A DNA stretch of 64,000 bases from Candidatus Latescibacterota bacterium (lineage in GTDB: Bacteria > Latescibacterota > UBA2968 > GCA-2709665). Both the position numbers and the translations under genes were made by a program. Shown piece by piece: positions 1-10,711 of the stretch. The stretch's first letter is position 1, and each line of letters opens with the position of its first letter. The notes below the pieces were generated by a model that was given only the letters and a program-made list of their open reading frames with translations, ran no database searches and was not told the DNA's origin. The DNA is taken from contig OZ220733.1 of assembly GCA_965116875.1 (NCBI GenBank), positions 2,272,001 through 2,336,000 on the forward strand, read 5' to 3'.

Positions 1-971
1 GCGGCAAGACCACGTTGTTGAGAACGGTCGCCGGTTTCTACAGGCCGGAACGCGGACGCGTGTTTTTTGACGATCGGGACGTTACCGGAGTCCCGCCGGA
101 AAAACGAAACACGGGAATGGTCTTTCAGAATTACGCTCTCTGGCCTCATATGACGGTCTGGCAGAACGTGGAGTACGGCCTTGCACTGCGCGACATTGCG
201 TCGCGAAAACGCGCTGACCGGATCCGGCAGGCGTTACAGATGGTGAGAATGGAAGGATACCGGGACCGGACCCCCAACCAGTTGTCAGGTGGGCAGCAGC
301 AGCGGGTGGCGCTGGCGCGGGCCCTGGTGATCGAACCCGACGTGGTGCTGCTGGACGAACCGCTCTCCAATCTCGACGCACGTCTGCGGCTGGAGATGAG
401 GGAACAGATCCAGGCGCTGCACCAGAGCCTCGGGATTACCATGATCTATGTCACCCACGACCAGAAGGAAGCGCTGGCAATGGCCAGCCGCGTCGCCGTG
501 ATGCAGGCGGGGCGGGTCGTACAGTCCGGTTCTCCCAGGACGTTGTATTCGAAGCCGGCCAACCGGTTTGTCGCGGACTTCATCGGTGAAATCAACCTGA
601 TTTCGGGCAAGGTTGTCCTGCTGGACGGGAACATTGGTGTGGAAACGGGGGTGGGCGTCCTGTACGGCAGGCCGGGCTACGACGGGATCCGGAAAGGCGA
701 CCGCGTACTGTGCGCCGTCCGCCCGGAAGCCATGGAGTTCCTCGCTGGCAGTCCGGACGAAGCGGACCACGTCGTCACCGGAACGGTCCGGAACGCGATA
801 TACCTGGGCGAAATGGAACAGTTCGTTGTGGACCTGCCGGATGGAACGCAGGTGAAGCTCGTTGAGAGCCATCCACTGGTTCAGAGAGCATTTCCGGGCG
901 ATCGTATGAGCATCCGGTTCGACCGGGACGCGGTAACAATTCTACGGGACGACGGTGAAAACCTGGCTTGA
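1..971 (+). CDS. ABC transporter ATP-binding subunit (Fe3+/polyamine/thiamine type, C-terminal TOBE); 5'-truncated by window edge
   Basis: In-frame Walker A tail GKTTLL at window start, signature LSGGQQQRV, Walker B VVLLDEP, H-loop YVTHD. Confidence 0.92.
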   Translation, partial: GKTTLLRTVAGFYRPERGRVFFDDRDVTGVPPEKRNTGMVFQNYALWPHMTVWQNVEYGLALRDIASRKRADRIRQALQMVRMEGYRDRTPNQLSGGQQQRVALARALVIEPDVVLLDEPLSNLDARLRLEMREQIQALHQSLGITMIYVTHDQKEALAMASRVAVMQAGRVVQSGSPRTLYSKPANRFVADFIGEINLISGKVVLLDGNIGVETGVGVLYGRPGYDGIRKGDRVLCAVRPEAMEFLAGSPDEADHVVTGTVRNAIYLGEMEQFVVDLPDGTQVKLVESHPLVQRAFPGDRMSIRFDRDAVTILRDDGENLA

Positions 972-2649
972 TCGATACGACCTGACCCGGTCCAGAATCC
1001 TCTTTCTGGCGGGACTGTCTGCCTTCTTTGTGTTTTTTCTGTTCTATCCGCTCTGGTACGCCGTTGTGCGAGCCCTGTGGGTAAACGGAGAATTCTCGCT
1101 CGTTTTCTTTGAGCTGATGGCAGGAAATCCGGTCTACACGGAGATGATTCTGAACAGTTTCCGTCTCGGAATGTTCACGACAATCGCAACGACACTGCTG
1201 AGTCTTCCCGTTGCATTCCTGCTGGTACGGTATGACTTCAGGGGCAAGAACGTCCTCAATGGTCTGATCCTGGTGCCCATGGTCCTCCCGCCGTTCGTGG
1301 GCGCGATCGGGATGAAACAGATGTTCGCCCGCTTCGGATCGATCAACCTTCTGCTGCTCGAGCTGGGAATCGTCGACCAGCCGATCGACTGGTTCGGGGG
1401 CGGGTTTACCGGCGTGGTCATTCTGCAGGTGTTGCACCTTTATCCCATTATGTTCCTGAACGTGGCTGCGGCGTTGGCGAATATCGACCCCAGCCTCGAA
1501 GAGGCCGCACGCAACATGGGGGCCCGCGGTTTCAGGCTGTTTCGAAGCGTCACCTTTCCGCTGATGTTGCCCGGCTATTTCGCGGGTGCGATCATTGTCT
1601 TCATCTGGGCGTTTACGGACCTTGGAACACCGCTGATCTTCAACTATCGCCAGGTGGTGATGGTCGAGATATTCAATGCTATATCAGATATCAACGAAAA
1701 CCCCATGGCGTATGCGCTCGTGGTTTTTCTTTTGCTGCTGACCGTGTTGTTTTTCTACCTGTCCAAGCTGTTGCTGGGCAAACGGAGGTACGAAATGGTT
1801 GCGCGGGGACACGTGGGTTCGGCAACCCGTCGTGCGACACCCGGGATGACCGCGTTCATCTACGGAGTCATGATCTCACTGACAGCCATCGCGCTGATCC
1901 CTCACCTGAGCGTTTTCCTGACCTCCATCTCCGAGCGCTGGTTCATGTCGATCTGGCCGCAGGAAATCACCGGCAGGTACTATCCGCTCGTATATCGGCA
2001 CCCGATCGCGGGCCCCAGTGTAACCATGAGCCTGATGCTGAGTACTTTCAGTACGATTTGCGACGTGGTACTCGGCATATCCATTGCCTATCTGCTTGCC
2101 CGTACCCGGGTCCCGTTCAGAGGCGCGCTGGACGCGGTCGCGATGCTACCGCTGGCCCTGCCGGGCCCGGTGCTGGCATTCGGGTATCTGGCCGGGTATT
2201 CCGGCACCTTTCTGGATGCGAGACACAATCCCGTGCCGCTGCTGGTTATCGCGTACGCGGTGAGACGACTGCCATATATGGTCAGATCTGCCTACGCAGG
2301 ATTCCAGCAAAGCAGTGTCGCTCTCGAAGAAGCGGCCAGGAATCTGGGCGCGTCTCCACTGCGCACGACTTTGCAGATTACCTTCCCGCTCATTCTCGCG
2401 AATCTGGTCGCCGGCGCCATTCTCTGTTTTTCCTTTGCCATGCTGGAAGTCAGCGACAGTCTGATACTTGCGTTGAAGACACAGTATTACCCCATCACCA
2501 AAGCCATCTACGCGTTGATGGGCAGGATTGCGGATGGGCCATACATTGCCAGCGCGATGGGCATGCTGGGCATGCTGCTTCTCATGCTCAGCCTCTTCCT
2601 GGCCGGACGGTTCCTGGGCCGGCGCATGGGGGAACTCTTCCGCGCGTAG
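955..2649 (+). CDS. ABC transporter permease with two BPD_transp_1 domains (FbpB/ThiP-like)
   Basis: Many TM helices; two EAA motifs (LEEAARNMGA, LEEAARNLGA); overlaps ATPase stop. Confidence 0.9.
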   Translation: MKTWLDRYDLTRSRILFLAGLSAFFVFFLFYPLWYAVVRALWVNGEFSLVFFELMAGNPVYTEMILNSFRLGMFTTIATTLLSLPVAFLLVRYDFRGKNVLNGLILVPMVLPPFVGAIGMKQMFARFGSINLLLLELGIVDQPIDWFGGGFTGVVILQVLHLYPIMFLNVAAALANIDPSLEEAARNMGARGFRLFRSVTFPLMLPGYFAGAIIVFIWAFTDLGTPLIFNYRQVVMVEIFNAISDINENPMAYALVVFLLLLTVLFFYLSKLLLGKRRYEMVARGHVGSATRRATPGMTAFIYGVMISLTAIALIPHLSVFLTSISERWFMSIWPQEITGRYYPLVYRHPIAGPSVTMSLMLSTFSTICDVVLGISIAYLLARTRVPFRGALDAVAMLPLALPGPVLAFGYLAGYSGTFLDARHNPVPLLVIAYAVRRLPYMVRSAYAGFQQSSVALEEAARNLGASPLRTTLQITFPLILANLVAGAILCFSFAMLEVSDSLILALKTQYYPITKAIYALMGRIADGPYIASAMGMLGMLLLMLSLFLAGRFLGRRMGELFRA

Positions 2650-2668
2650 GTTAAGGAGAACTCAGGAG

Positions 2669-3604
2669 ATGGTCTATATCGCTGTGGTTGTCCTGCTCAT
2701 GCTCGCGGTTATCTTCGCGCTCACGCGTGAACGGGAAACGCGAGGCAGAGGGGCTCCGACAGGAGACGATGCGCTGGCGGCGGACATGGCGGACCTGGTA
2801 ATCGAAGGCCGGAAGGAACACCTGCCGGCTGTCGGCCATCCGATATTGGGTGGGGCGCTTTGCGAATTGCTGGACCGCCTGGGGATAGAAGCAGAGCAGG
2901 TGCTGGTCGATCGTGGCTTTGCACGAGGCGACGGGGCGATACGCGCGGAAGACGAAAAGACCCGGAATCTGAAGGTTTTCGATCCCGCGGAAAACATGAT
3001 CCAGGTTGTAGAGCGGGCATTGCTCGTGGGGATTCAGTTGGCGCGCGCCGACGATGACTACGCCGGCGTGGGCGATGATCACCTGGATCTCGAGGCGCTG
3101 GCGCGCAAAGCCGAAGCTATCGAAATGGATCTGTTCGGCGACGGAAAGCGCGATCGTTACGTGTTCTACGGGAAGGCAGCGCTGGTGCTCCAGGATATGC
3201 TTCAGGATGAAAGAGAAGCGGCGCGACGGGAAGTCCTGCGAGGGCTGCTGGAGATGGTCGACGCAGAGATCGATGCCTTCCAGGAAGAGCTGGACCGGTC
3301 GATGGCGCACATCCCCGAGCCGGATACGTTGAGGTGGGGCGACCGGAGGGATCGACAGTTGTATTATTTCAAGATGGGCGTAACGAATTCACTGAGACGA
3401 AGCGGGCAGCTGGAGAGCCTGGGACACCTCTACCGGTACCGGGGGGTAAATTACGACGTCCTGGAAGCATATGACCTGGCGGCCCAGGACTGTCCGCAAC
3501 TCTTCGCGGCTGACGTAATTGGAATCGACGGATTGCTGCGACTGGCGTCCGGAGAGGTCCGGGCGCTGGCACGGCAGTCGCTTTCCGAGGGCGGAAGGCG
3601 CTAA
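2669..3604 (+). CDS. Hypothetical protein with N-terminal membrane anchor
   Basis: AAGGAG/AGGAG upstream of ATG 2669; MVYIAVVVLLMLAVIFALT hydrophobic start; acidic helical remainder. Confidence 0.7.
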   Translation: MVYIAVVVLLMLAVIFALTRERETRGRGAPTGDDALAADMADLVIEGRKEHLPAVGHPILGGALCELLDRLGIEAEQVLVDRGFARGDGAIRAEDEKTRNLKVFDPAENMIQVVERALLVGIQLARADDDYAGVGDDHLDLEALARKAEAIEMDLFGDGKRDRYVFYGKAALVLQDMLQDEREAARREVLRGLLEMVDAEIDAFQEELDRSMAHIPEPDTLRWGDRRDRQLYYFKMGVTNSLRRSGQLESLGHLYRYRGVNYDVLEAYDLAAQDCPQLFAADVIGIDGLLRLASGEVRALARQSLSEGGRR

Positions 3605-3844
3605 GAAATGTTGGAAAAGAAGTCAGATCTGCTGACGTGGTGCGTACATCGCGTTAGACACAGGACAGAACAAGAATCGGAAATGGAATTTGCGGACTTG
3701 CTTACAACCTTCTTCGATGGGCCCCAAGATCGGAGATCGACCACAAGAAAGCCATGTTCAGATTGACGAGTGCGAGCAAGACACAATTTACACCAGTTGA
3801 TTTGGCCAGGGTCTGGAAAAGTAGACATTCCTGACAGCGGCGAC

Positions 3845-4288
3845 CTAACGGTTCTTCCGTTTCATGAACCTGATTGGAGTCCCGTACGCTGGTCCGCTTA
3901 CGTCATTAACTTCACGATGAACTATATCCGCATTCGCGCCCATCTTGCTTGTCCAATGTCCATTCTCCAATTGTCTCGCCGCATGCGTCGGGATAAGGCG
4001 TCCATCATCGCTCAACTGAGCATACAGGGCGATTTTTTCGTAATTTTCCTCTAAGTCGCAGTCGTCACATTCCTGAAAATCCAATGATTCGAAAAATCCC
4101 AACAACGACTCGACAGATTCGTCCTTGTGTGTCTTTAGCGGCCAGAAAAAGGATGTCGGCCAGAGCCAGCAATCGTCAAAACCTGCAGCCCAGGCTACGC
4201 AGTTGTACACGCGAGTCGGCGGACTGTTAATCGAGTAATGAGCAGAATTCAGGTAAGGGAAATCGTCAGAATTCCATCTACTATCCAC
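3845..4288 (-). CDS. Conserved hypothetical with papain-like Cys/His motifs (DUF7689-like)
   Basis: YNCVAWA, HAARQLENGHWTSKMG, IVH...GPAYG motifs; GTG start overlaps upstream stop; family name from memory. Confidence 0.7.
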   Translation of the reverse strand: MDSRWNSDDFPYLNSAHYSINSPPTRVYNCVAWAAGFDDCWLWPTSFFWPLKTHKDESVESLLGFFESLDFQECDDCDLEENYEKIALYAQLSDDGRLIPTHAARQLENGHWTSKMGANADIVHREVNDVSGPAYGTPIRFMKRKNR

Positions 4289-4718
4289 TCTTGCCTCTCC
4301 ACCACGCGAGCCACGCTTTAGCCATTCGTACAGTCTTTCCGTAGTCTTCTTCCTGTATCGGAATCTCGCCTGTAATTTCGTGCAGGGCCATAAACCAAAG
4401 ATCGGGCTCTTCCTTGTGCTTTTCCAGGTCCTCCATTATGAATGGAAGCGCCCTTTCTCCCATTTCGACAATTTTCCGGTATGACTGACATTTGGCCATT
4501 GCAACTGGAGAAGACGTAAATCCTCGCTCTTCATGCCACTTCTGAACATGAATGGAAAATACGGCGCTATCAGGGAGGACGAACATCTCTGGATCGGAGG
4601 AATAGTAGACATCTCCATCAAACTCGTGGTGTTTAAAGTCAAACTCCGGAACACTATCTGTCCTTCCCTCCCCGTGTAGAACAGGGTGGGTCTGGGCACG
4701 AGCATAGCAGATTACCAT
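4281..4718 (-). CDS. Conserved hypothetical helical protein
   Basis: W...SS...YRKIVEMGERALPFIMEDL...WFMALHEITGE..AWLAWW pattern; translationally coupled to both neighbours. Confidence 0.65.
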   Translation of the reverse strand: MVICYARAQTHPVLHGEGRTDSVPEFDFKHHEFDGDVYYSSDPEMFVLPDSAVFSIHVQKWHEERGFTSSPVAMAKCQSYRKIVEMGERALPFIMEDLEKHKEEPDLWFMALHEITGEIPIQEEDYGKTVRMAKAWLAWWRGKSG

Positions 4719-4719
4719 A

Positions 4720-4962
4720 TCATTGCTCCTGCGTCAGGGGGCTGCTATGGACGTTTATTATATTGTTGCTCTTGACAACGTAGATTGGATTCCCAGACTG
4801 GTCAAACCGATTTTCGACGCGAACGACTTCCTGTGGAGTCGCTTTTATGTTTAGAATCGTCCCGTCATCAAGGCGTATTTGGCTAAACCTCTCGACGGAT
4901 TCAATTATTGTAACTTTCGTGCACTCGACCTCTTCGTTGTTCAAATTAATCTTCGGCGACAT
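4720..4962 (-). CDS. Small hypothetical beta-rich protein
   Basis: GGAG RBS before ATG 4962 (MSPKINLNNEEV...LDDGTILNIK...DQSGNPIYVV); stop 1 nt before next start. Confidence 0.65.
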   Translation of the reverse strand: MSPKINLNNEEVECTKVTIIESVERFSQIRLDDGTILNIKATPQEVVRVENRFDQSGNPIYVVKSNNIINVHSSPLTQEQ

Positions 4963-4998
4963 ACGTTTGCTCCACATCTGCCTGCGTGTTAAGCAGCT

Positions 4999-5280
4999 TT
5001 ACTGTGTTCTCCCACGGGCATTTTCGTAATAGGGACGCACGCGTTCGATGACTTCCGTGTCCAGTTTGCATTCAGAGACGATACGCGTGAATTCCTCTTC
5101 CGGCAAGCCGAGTTCCTCCAGGAACTTCTGGTCGGCCGGTCAGGGGTAGACGTAGTCTCCGATGTTGTTCCGCAGCATCGCCCGGGCCTTGTCCGTAATC
5201 CGCGGCAGCCAGGGGATACCGCCCATGGCGAGTGTTCTGCCTCGAGGGCGGAATTCGATGGAATCGTGCATGGTATCCAT
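4999..5280 (-). CDS. DUF5069-like protein, candidate selenoprotein (UGA at codon 47, 5142-5140), 93 aa
   Basis: AAGGAG RBS; MDTMHDSIEFRPRGRTLAMGGIPWLPRITDKARAMLRNNIGDYVYP-UGA-PADQKFLEELGLPEEEFTRIVSECKLDTEVIERVRPYYENARGRTQ-TAA in one frame; hairpin directly 3' of UGA. Confidence 0.72.
5100..5139 (-). promoter_or_regulatory. Putative bacterial SECIS element
   Basis: After UGA: CCGGCCGACCAGA-AGTTCC-TGGA-GGAACT-CGGCTTGCCGG; 6-bp upper stem, 4-nt loop with G at position 2, loop starts 19 nt after UGA; outer CCGGC/GCCGG pairing. Confidence 0.65.
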
Positions 5281-5377
5281 CTGTTCGGCTCCTTTCCGAA
5301 TAGGGGTTGGACAATAAAAGAATACCGGTATGAGCATACAAAAGCAAGCAGATATGGGGGTCCGGCGCTCACCCGGA

Positions 5378-5950
5378 TCAGCACACGGTGTTGTAGATGG
5401 ATAATGAAGTGCCGCCGTAGGTCTTCCTGACGCACAGCGAAAGGTGTTGTACAGTCACAGGCGTTTCAAGGTCTGCAGCATGTTGAATGAGGATATGGGT
5501 GGAACGCGCAACGAGGACCGATCCGCTCAGGCGGGAAAGCATGGCAAGTGCGTAAGGAACGCCGTTGATTCCAAGCTGGTAGGGCGGGTCAACGAAAATC
5601 ACATCGAAAGGCCGCTGTTCAGACTCCAGCAACGGCAGGAGTCTTTCCGCGTGAAGGTTCGTGACGCGGATCTGTTTTTCCGCCCTCCAGTCCTTCAGCA
5701 GCTTCGAAATAAAGCGGTGCCTTCCAGGTTCCGGTTCGTTCAGAAGCACCCGGGCCCCGCGGCTGTACGCCTCGAGGCCGATCTGGCCTGAACAGGAAAA
5801 CAGGTCGAGAAAATGAAGATGATCGAGCCTGGCGCCCAGGATGTTGAATGCGGCCTCTTTGATCCTTGCCGGCGTTACGCGGGCGTTACCGTGTTTCCTG
5901 ACGTCAAAGGGGATGGTCCGGCCTTTGAGTTTTCCGGTGATAATACGCAT
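5378..5950 (-). CDS. rsmD: 16S rRNA m2G966 methyltransferase RsmD family
   Basis: MRIITGKLKGR start, FLDLFSCSGQIGLEAYSRGA SAM motif, FVDPPY, KTYGGT. Confidence 0.85.
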   Translation of the reverse strand: MRIITGKLKGRTIPFDVRKHGNARVTPARIKEAAFNILGARLDHLHFLDLFSCSGQIGLEAYSRGARVLLNEPEPGRHRFISKLLKDWRAEKQIRVTNLHAERLLPLLESEQRPFDVIFVDPPYQLGINGVPYALAMLSRLSGSVLVARSTHILIQHAADLETPVTVQHLSLCVRKTYGGTSLSIYNTVC

Positions 5951-6031
5951 GAGAAAGACGCTTCCCGCCACCCTGGCAGTCCGTTGAGAAAGTCGCTCTG
6001 CAGGCGAGGCCTGGTGTTCCGCCCCGGAACA

Positions 6032-9028
6032 CTAGAATCCCTCCAGGCGGCTCAGGTCCGCAACGCCGTTGGCGAGAGAGGCGATGCGTTGAACCATGGC
6101 CAGGCGCGCCCGGCGTAGTACCGGATCTTCATCCATCACCAGGACGTCCTCGAAGAAGCGGTTGATCGGGCCGCGAAGATCAGCCAGCACCGTTCCAAGG
6201 GTACCGATCCCGTCATCCGAACGGTCCATTGAGCGTTGAGCCGCTTCCCATTTCAGATGCAGGGCCCGCGAGGAAGGATCCGGATCTGCCTCCGGATTCA
6301 GGGAATAGGATTCATCCAGGTCACGAACGATGCGCTTGCAGCGCGCGTATGCATGGAGCGTTTCCGACCAGTTTTCCGAGCGGACCATCTGATCGAGTCC
6401 TTCCACGGTGGTTCTGAGCCCGAACGGGTCGTCGCATCCGCCCCCAAGCGCAGCCTCGACAACGTCATGACGAAAACCTTCCTCTTTGAGCTGTACGCCC
6501 AGGCGTCGCAGGATGAACGTATACGCTTCGTCCAGCCGATTGGGTTCAACCCGGATTGGAAGCCCGGCCGCCGCGGCCTCAAGTCCCTTCTTCAGGGAAA
6601 AGTGACGGCGTCTCCCGACAAGCAGCGCCAGCAGGCCCAGCGCGTCCCGACGCAACCCGTAGGGGTCGGCGGTCGACCGGGGCTTGATTCCGGCGCAGAA
6701 CAGACCGGCCAGGCTGTCCAGCCGGTCGGCGATGGAAACCGCGAATCCGGACTCGCTTGACGGCAGTACATCGCCGGGAAACCGAGGAAGATAATGCTCC
6801 TGGATGGCCGACGCCACTGCGTTGGATTCCCTGGACAACAAGGCATAGTAGCGGCCCATCACGCCCTGAAGGGACGTCATCTCCACGACCATTCCGGTGG
6901 CCAGATCGGCTTTGCACAGGCGGGACGCCCGTTTGGCCGTAATCAGCTCTCCTTCGTTCAGGCCCAGATCTGACCCGACGACAGGGAGCAGTTGCTCGAT
7001 TCTCACGCTCTTGTCCCTGACGGAGCCCAGTTCGTCCTGGAAGGTGAGCGTATCCAGACGCGGCAGGTATTCCTCCAGGGCCTTTCGGCCGTCTTCCCGG
7101 TAGAAGAAAGCGGCGTCCGCATATCTGGCGCGAACGACACTCTCGTTCCCTCGGACGACCGGACCGGGATCGGCCGGCCGGCCGTTGGACACCGCCACGA
7201 ACCACGGCAGCAGCCGGCCTGTTTCAGGGTGTACCACGGGAAAGCAGCGCTGGTACTTCTTGAGTACGGTGACCAGGACCTCTTCGGGAAGTTCGAGATG
7301 CGACTCGTCGAAACCGCCGCGCAGCGCGAATGGCGCTTCGACCAGGTCGGTAACTTCATCGAGCAGATCGGGATCCTCCGGAACACTGCCGCCGACCTCG
7401 CGCGCCCGCTCGAGTACCTGATTCCATATGGCTTCCCTTCGCCGTTCGCGGCTGACGATCAGGCCCAGTTCCTCCATCTTCGGGCGATAGGCGTCTGCGG
7501 ACGCCAACGGAACGGGCGGATCGCCATCGGGCCTCAGGCCGCGGCTGGTACCTCCACTCCGGATCCGTGCGAATGGAAACGATATGATCCGGTTTCCGAA
7601 TAGGGCGACGATCCAGCGCAGAGGTCGGGGATAGGCGAAGCCGCCGGAATCCCAGCGCATCGTTTTCGGGAAGTTCAACCCGTCGATCAGGCCCGGAAGG
7701 TGTTCGGTCAGGACTTGCGGCGTTTCAAGTCCGGGCTCGTGGCGCCGGGCATAGACATATTCAACGCCTTTATCGTCCTTCCTGTGTTCCACCGAACCGG
7801 TCGAGATACCCTGTCCGCGGCAGAACCCTTCAAGTGCGCGCGTCGGCCTGCCTTCACCGTCGTACGCGGCCCTGACGGCCGGACCGCGGACCTCCCGCTC
7901 CCGGTCGGGCTGGCGTCCCTGGAGATTCCTGACGCTGGCTACAAGCCTTCTGGGCGTGCCCGTTATTTCGATTTCGTCATAACCAAGCCTCTGTTCTCGC
8001 AGAAGCTCGGGAAGGGACCGTTCGAGCTGCTCGATGCCGGAACGCACGTCATCTGGTGGCAATTCCTCGGATCCGATCTCCAGAAGCAGGTCGGCGCGCT
8101 CCTGTGAACCAACGTCCCCACCGGGTTTCGGAGCGTGCGCCTCCACGGTTTTCCTGATGAGGGGGTGGCCTGACGCTTCACGCTGTTCCACAAACCCTTC
8201 GGCGACCTGCCTCGCGAGGTCGCGTATCCGTGCGAAGTACCGCGCACGCTCGGTTACGCCTATGGCGCCCCGGGTGTCCAGCAGGTTGAAGGTGTGAGAG
8301 CAACGCAGGACGTAGTCGTGGGCGGGAATCACGAGTCCGCGGTCTATGGCGGCTTTCGCTTCGTCATGGAACAGATCGAACATGGACTGCAGGCGACCGA
8401 CGTCCGCGTGGTGGAACTCGTAATTGCAATATTCCACCTCCTGCTGCCGGAGAATGTCGCCGTAGGAAACCTGTTCGTTCCAGCGGAGTTGCCAGACTTC
8501 GCGAACGTCCTGCACGTACATGGCGATACGTTCCATGCCGTAGGTGATCTCCACGGGCACGGGGTCGAGCTGCTGGCCTCCGGCCTGCTGGAAATAGGTG
8601 AACTGGGTGATTTCCAGGCCGTCGAGCCAGACCTCCCAGCCCAGGCCCCACGCGCCGAGACCGGGCGATTCCCAATTGTCCTCCACGAAACGGATGTCGT
8701 GGTGCCTGCGGCTGAGACCCAACGCCTCCAGGCTGTCCAGGTAGAGTTCCTGGGGGTTGCCCGGCTCCGGCTTGAGAACAACCTGGTACTGCGTGTGCAT
8801 CTGCATTCTGTTCGGGTTTTCGCCGAATCGACCGTCGTCGGGTCGAAAGCTGGGTTCTACGTACGCCACGTTCCACGGCTCCGGCCCCAGCACCCGAAGC
8901 GCCGTACTCGGATTCCATGTGCCCGCGCCCACCTTTTCGCTGAGCGGCTGCCAGACGATACACCCATGATTCGCCCAGAATCGCTCAAGGCGAAGAATGA
9001 GTTCCTGGAAGGTCGTTTCGGCCTTCAC
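6032..9028 (-). CDS. glyQS: Glycine--tRNA ligase, fused alpha+beta subunits
   Basis: Alpha: [47 protein letters not shown]; beta: [41 protein letters not shown]; GTG 9028 after AGGAAAAGG. Confidence 0.95.
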   Translation of the reverse strand: MKAETTFQELILRLERFWANHGCIVWQPLSEKVGAGTWNPSTALRVLGPEPWNVAYVEPSFRPDDGRFGENPNRMQMHTQYQVVLKPEPGNPQELYLDSLEALGLSRRHHDIRFVEDNWESPGLGAWGLGWEVWLDGLEITQFTYFQQAGGQQLDPVPVEITYGMERIAMYVQDVREVWQLRWNEQVSYGDILRQQEVEYCNYEFHHADVGRLQSMFDLFHDEAKAAIDRGLVIPAHDYVLRCSHTFNLLDTRGAIGVTERARYFARIRDLARQVAEGFVEQREASGHPLIRKTVEAHAPKPGGDVGSQERADLLLEIGSEELPPDDVRSGIEQLERSLPELLREQRLGYDEIEITGTPRRLVASVRNLQGRQPDREREVRGPAVRAAYDGEGRPTRALEGFCRGQGISTGSVEHRKDDKGVEYVYARRHEPGLETPQVLTEHLPGLIDGLNFPKTMRWDSGGFAYPRPLRWIVALFGNRIISFPFARIRSGGTSRGLRPDGDPPVPLASADAYRPKMEELGLIVSRERRREAIWNQVLERAREVGGSVPEDPDLLDEVTDLVEAPFALRGGFDESHLELPEEVLVTVLKKYQRCFPVVHPETGRLLPWFVAVSNGRPADPGPVVRGNESVVRARYADAAFFYREDGRKALEEYLPRLDTLTFQDELGSVRDKSVRIEQLLPVVGSDLGLNEGELITAKRASRLCKADLATGMVVEMTSLQGVMGRYYALLSRESNAVASAIQEHYLPRFPGDVLPSSESGFAVSIADRLDSLAGLFCAGIKPRSTADPYGLRRDALGLLALLVGRRRHFSLKKGLEAAAAGLPIRVEPNRLDEAYTFILRRLGVQLKEEGFRHDVVEAALGGGCDDPFGLRTTVEGLDQMVRSENWSETLHAYARCKRIVRDLDESYSLNPEADPDPSSRALHLKWEAAQRSMDRSDDGIGTLGTVLADLRGPINRFFEDVLVMDEDPVLRRARLAMVQRIASLANGVADLSRLEGF

Positions 9029-9077
9029 GGGCCTTTTCCTTTCTGTGTTCCCGGCGGACGATTTCCGATCGAGCAAT

Positions 9078-10280
9078 CTAACCCGACCCGGAGATCCGCT
9101 CGATGGGCGTCTTGGAGACTCTGGCTTTAACGATTTTCTGGATCTGCCTGATCGAACGCTCGACGTTCCTGACTTTCTTCTTGCCGTTGTGTACGGCAAC
9201 CGTAAGGTCCATCCGGCGGGTATCGCCGGCATCGAGGCTGACGACCCGGCCCTGTTTGCGCTCGAAAGGCTTCGGGTTCGGGTAGTTGGTGGCCGGTTCC
9301 AGGCCCGCGACGTACCCGTCTTCGGCTGCCGCGGTATTCTTCCAGAGCGTAAAACAGGGCAACTGGTTGAGCGAGCAGTGCAGGCTGGAACCCAGGTCTC
9401 CTTTGGCGTTCCTGAGCAAGATCGCCGTCTGTCCGCTGCCACGCTTTCCCGCCAGTTCATAAAAGAAGACCTGTTCGACAAAACCGGACTCCGGCGCCCC
9501 GAATTTGCCATATGTGGAGGCCCCCTTCTGCGCCGTGGCGTCTCTGGGAGATACGGATTTCACGGGCGCTACAAGGGCGCTGCCCTCTTCCAGCAGCGGA
9601 GGGCCGTAATTGCAGTGGTACAACATCTGCATTTCGGCGGGTCTGTTGTTGAGATTGGTAATCCGATCTGAAATGGTAAAGCTGTTGGATCCGGGCTCCG
9701 TGGAAATGTGCGTGGTCAATCGCAGCGCGGGACCGAACATCATGGCTTCGTCCACAACGCCAACCACGGTGATTCGATGCGGCGGAGACAGGTCGATGAG
9801 AACCTCGACGCGGCGCGCGGGAATGTTCGCGATCTTCCCGTGCAGGGGAAGGAAAACGGTGGCATGGTTGCCATTGTTGTCGATGACCACGTCGTTCGTC
9901 GGCGCGCCGTTGCTTTCCATGCCGCAGCGAACGATCCACTCGTTGAAGCCCTTCAGCCAGCCGAGGCCACCCCGGTCGTTGGCATCGACGTGGGCCGGAT
10001 GGACCAGGTCGCGAACGGGGGATTCCCAGCCCAGTGGGATACCCCGGTAGACGCCCTTCCAGATGCCCATGCCGCGTGTCGGTACGATCGTGAACGAGAA
10101 AGCGCCGTTGTTCACTTCAACAAGGTCGATACCCGCCTGCAGGCCGCCGTGAAGGGTTTTCTTTTGTACGCTCCACGCATATCCGGTCCCCAGCGAGAGG
10201 GTTTCCTCATCCATGCATCCGGACTCGACCCATTGGCCGCGATCCACGTCGGTCAGCACGTGACGAAACACGCCGCCCAT
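9078..10280 (-). CDS. Aldose 1-epimerase family protein (DUF4432-like)
   Basis: GGAG RBS before ATG 10280; [36 protein letters not shown] motifs. Confidence 0.85.
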   Translation of the reverse strand: MGGVFRHVLTDVDRGQWVESGCMDEETLSLGTGYAWSVQKKTLHGGLQAGIDLVEVNNGAFSFTIVPTRGMGIWKGVYRGIPLGWESPVRDLVHPAHVDANDRGGLGWLKGFNEWIVRCGMESNGAPTNDVVIDNNGNHATVFLPLHGKIANIPARRVEVLIDLSPPHRITVVGVVDEAMMFGPALRLTTHISTEPGSNSFTISDRITNLNNRPAEMQMLYHCNYGPPLLEEGSALVAPVKSVSPRDATAQKGASTYGKFGAPESGFVEQVFFYELAGKRGSGQTAILLRNAKGDLGSSLHCSLNQLPCFTLWKNTAAAEDGYVAGLEPATNYPNPKPFERKQGRVVSLDAGDTRRMDLTVAVHNGKKKVRNVERSIRQIQKIVKARVSKTPIERISGSG

Positions 10281-10341
10281 GTCGAACTCCTTGTATAATA
10301 GGAGGTTGTAATACGAGACACGCCTGAAGCCCAGAGTTCGA

Positions 10342-10370
10342 AATATACTGTACCCCTGACTGTGTGTCAA
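10342..10370 (-). promoter_or_regulatory. Putative sigma70 promoter for epimerase-glyQS-rsmD run
   Basis: TTGACA-17 nt-TATATT on minus strand. Confidence 0.55.
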
Positions 10371-10476
10371 TGAAAGAAGCCCTGCGGAATCCATCCTGAA
10401 ACGGCCATGCGGCTTCATCCATCCGGTCCGGCGGAGGATTTTCGAGGTTCGGATTCCCATCGATTTACCAGTACAC

Positions 10477-10505
10477 TTGACAATCCGTACGCCGGTCTTT
10501 AGCAT
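10477..10505 (+). promoter_or_regulatory. Putative sigma70 promoter for Mur ligase-ldcA-M48 operon
   Basis: TTGACA-17 nt-TAGCAT. Confidence 0.5.
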
Positions 10506-10711
10506 GGTGTCAATACGCGATTTGGTTGTAAGAAGCTGTTTTAAAATTCCTGGTGAGTCCCGAGCGCGAGCGAAAATGTGTCGGTCAAGGCGGGCAAATT
10601 CGCCCATATTTGGGTATACGGGTGGATTTGACCAACACAGACCGACGCTTTTGCAGCCGCGCGAAGACCGCTGGGGGTTTTAAGACAGCTTCTAAGGCGA
10701 AAGGAGAGGAC

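Noticed and set aside
3601-3844. Small ORFs between the convergent genes
   Set aside because: No RBS or recognisable motifs; treated as intergenic.
5140-5142. Genome-wide UGA reassignment (code 4 or 25)
   Set aside because: Conserved genes such as dnaE, ldcA and the Mur ligase end at UGA at their expected lengths, and Trp is TGG.
9029-9511. 161-aa N-terminal extension of the GlyQS ORF
   Set aside because: It overlaps the epimerase-like gene in another frame; GlyQ homology and an RBS begin at GTG 9028.
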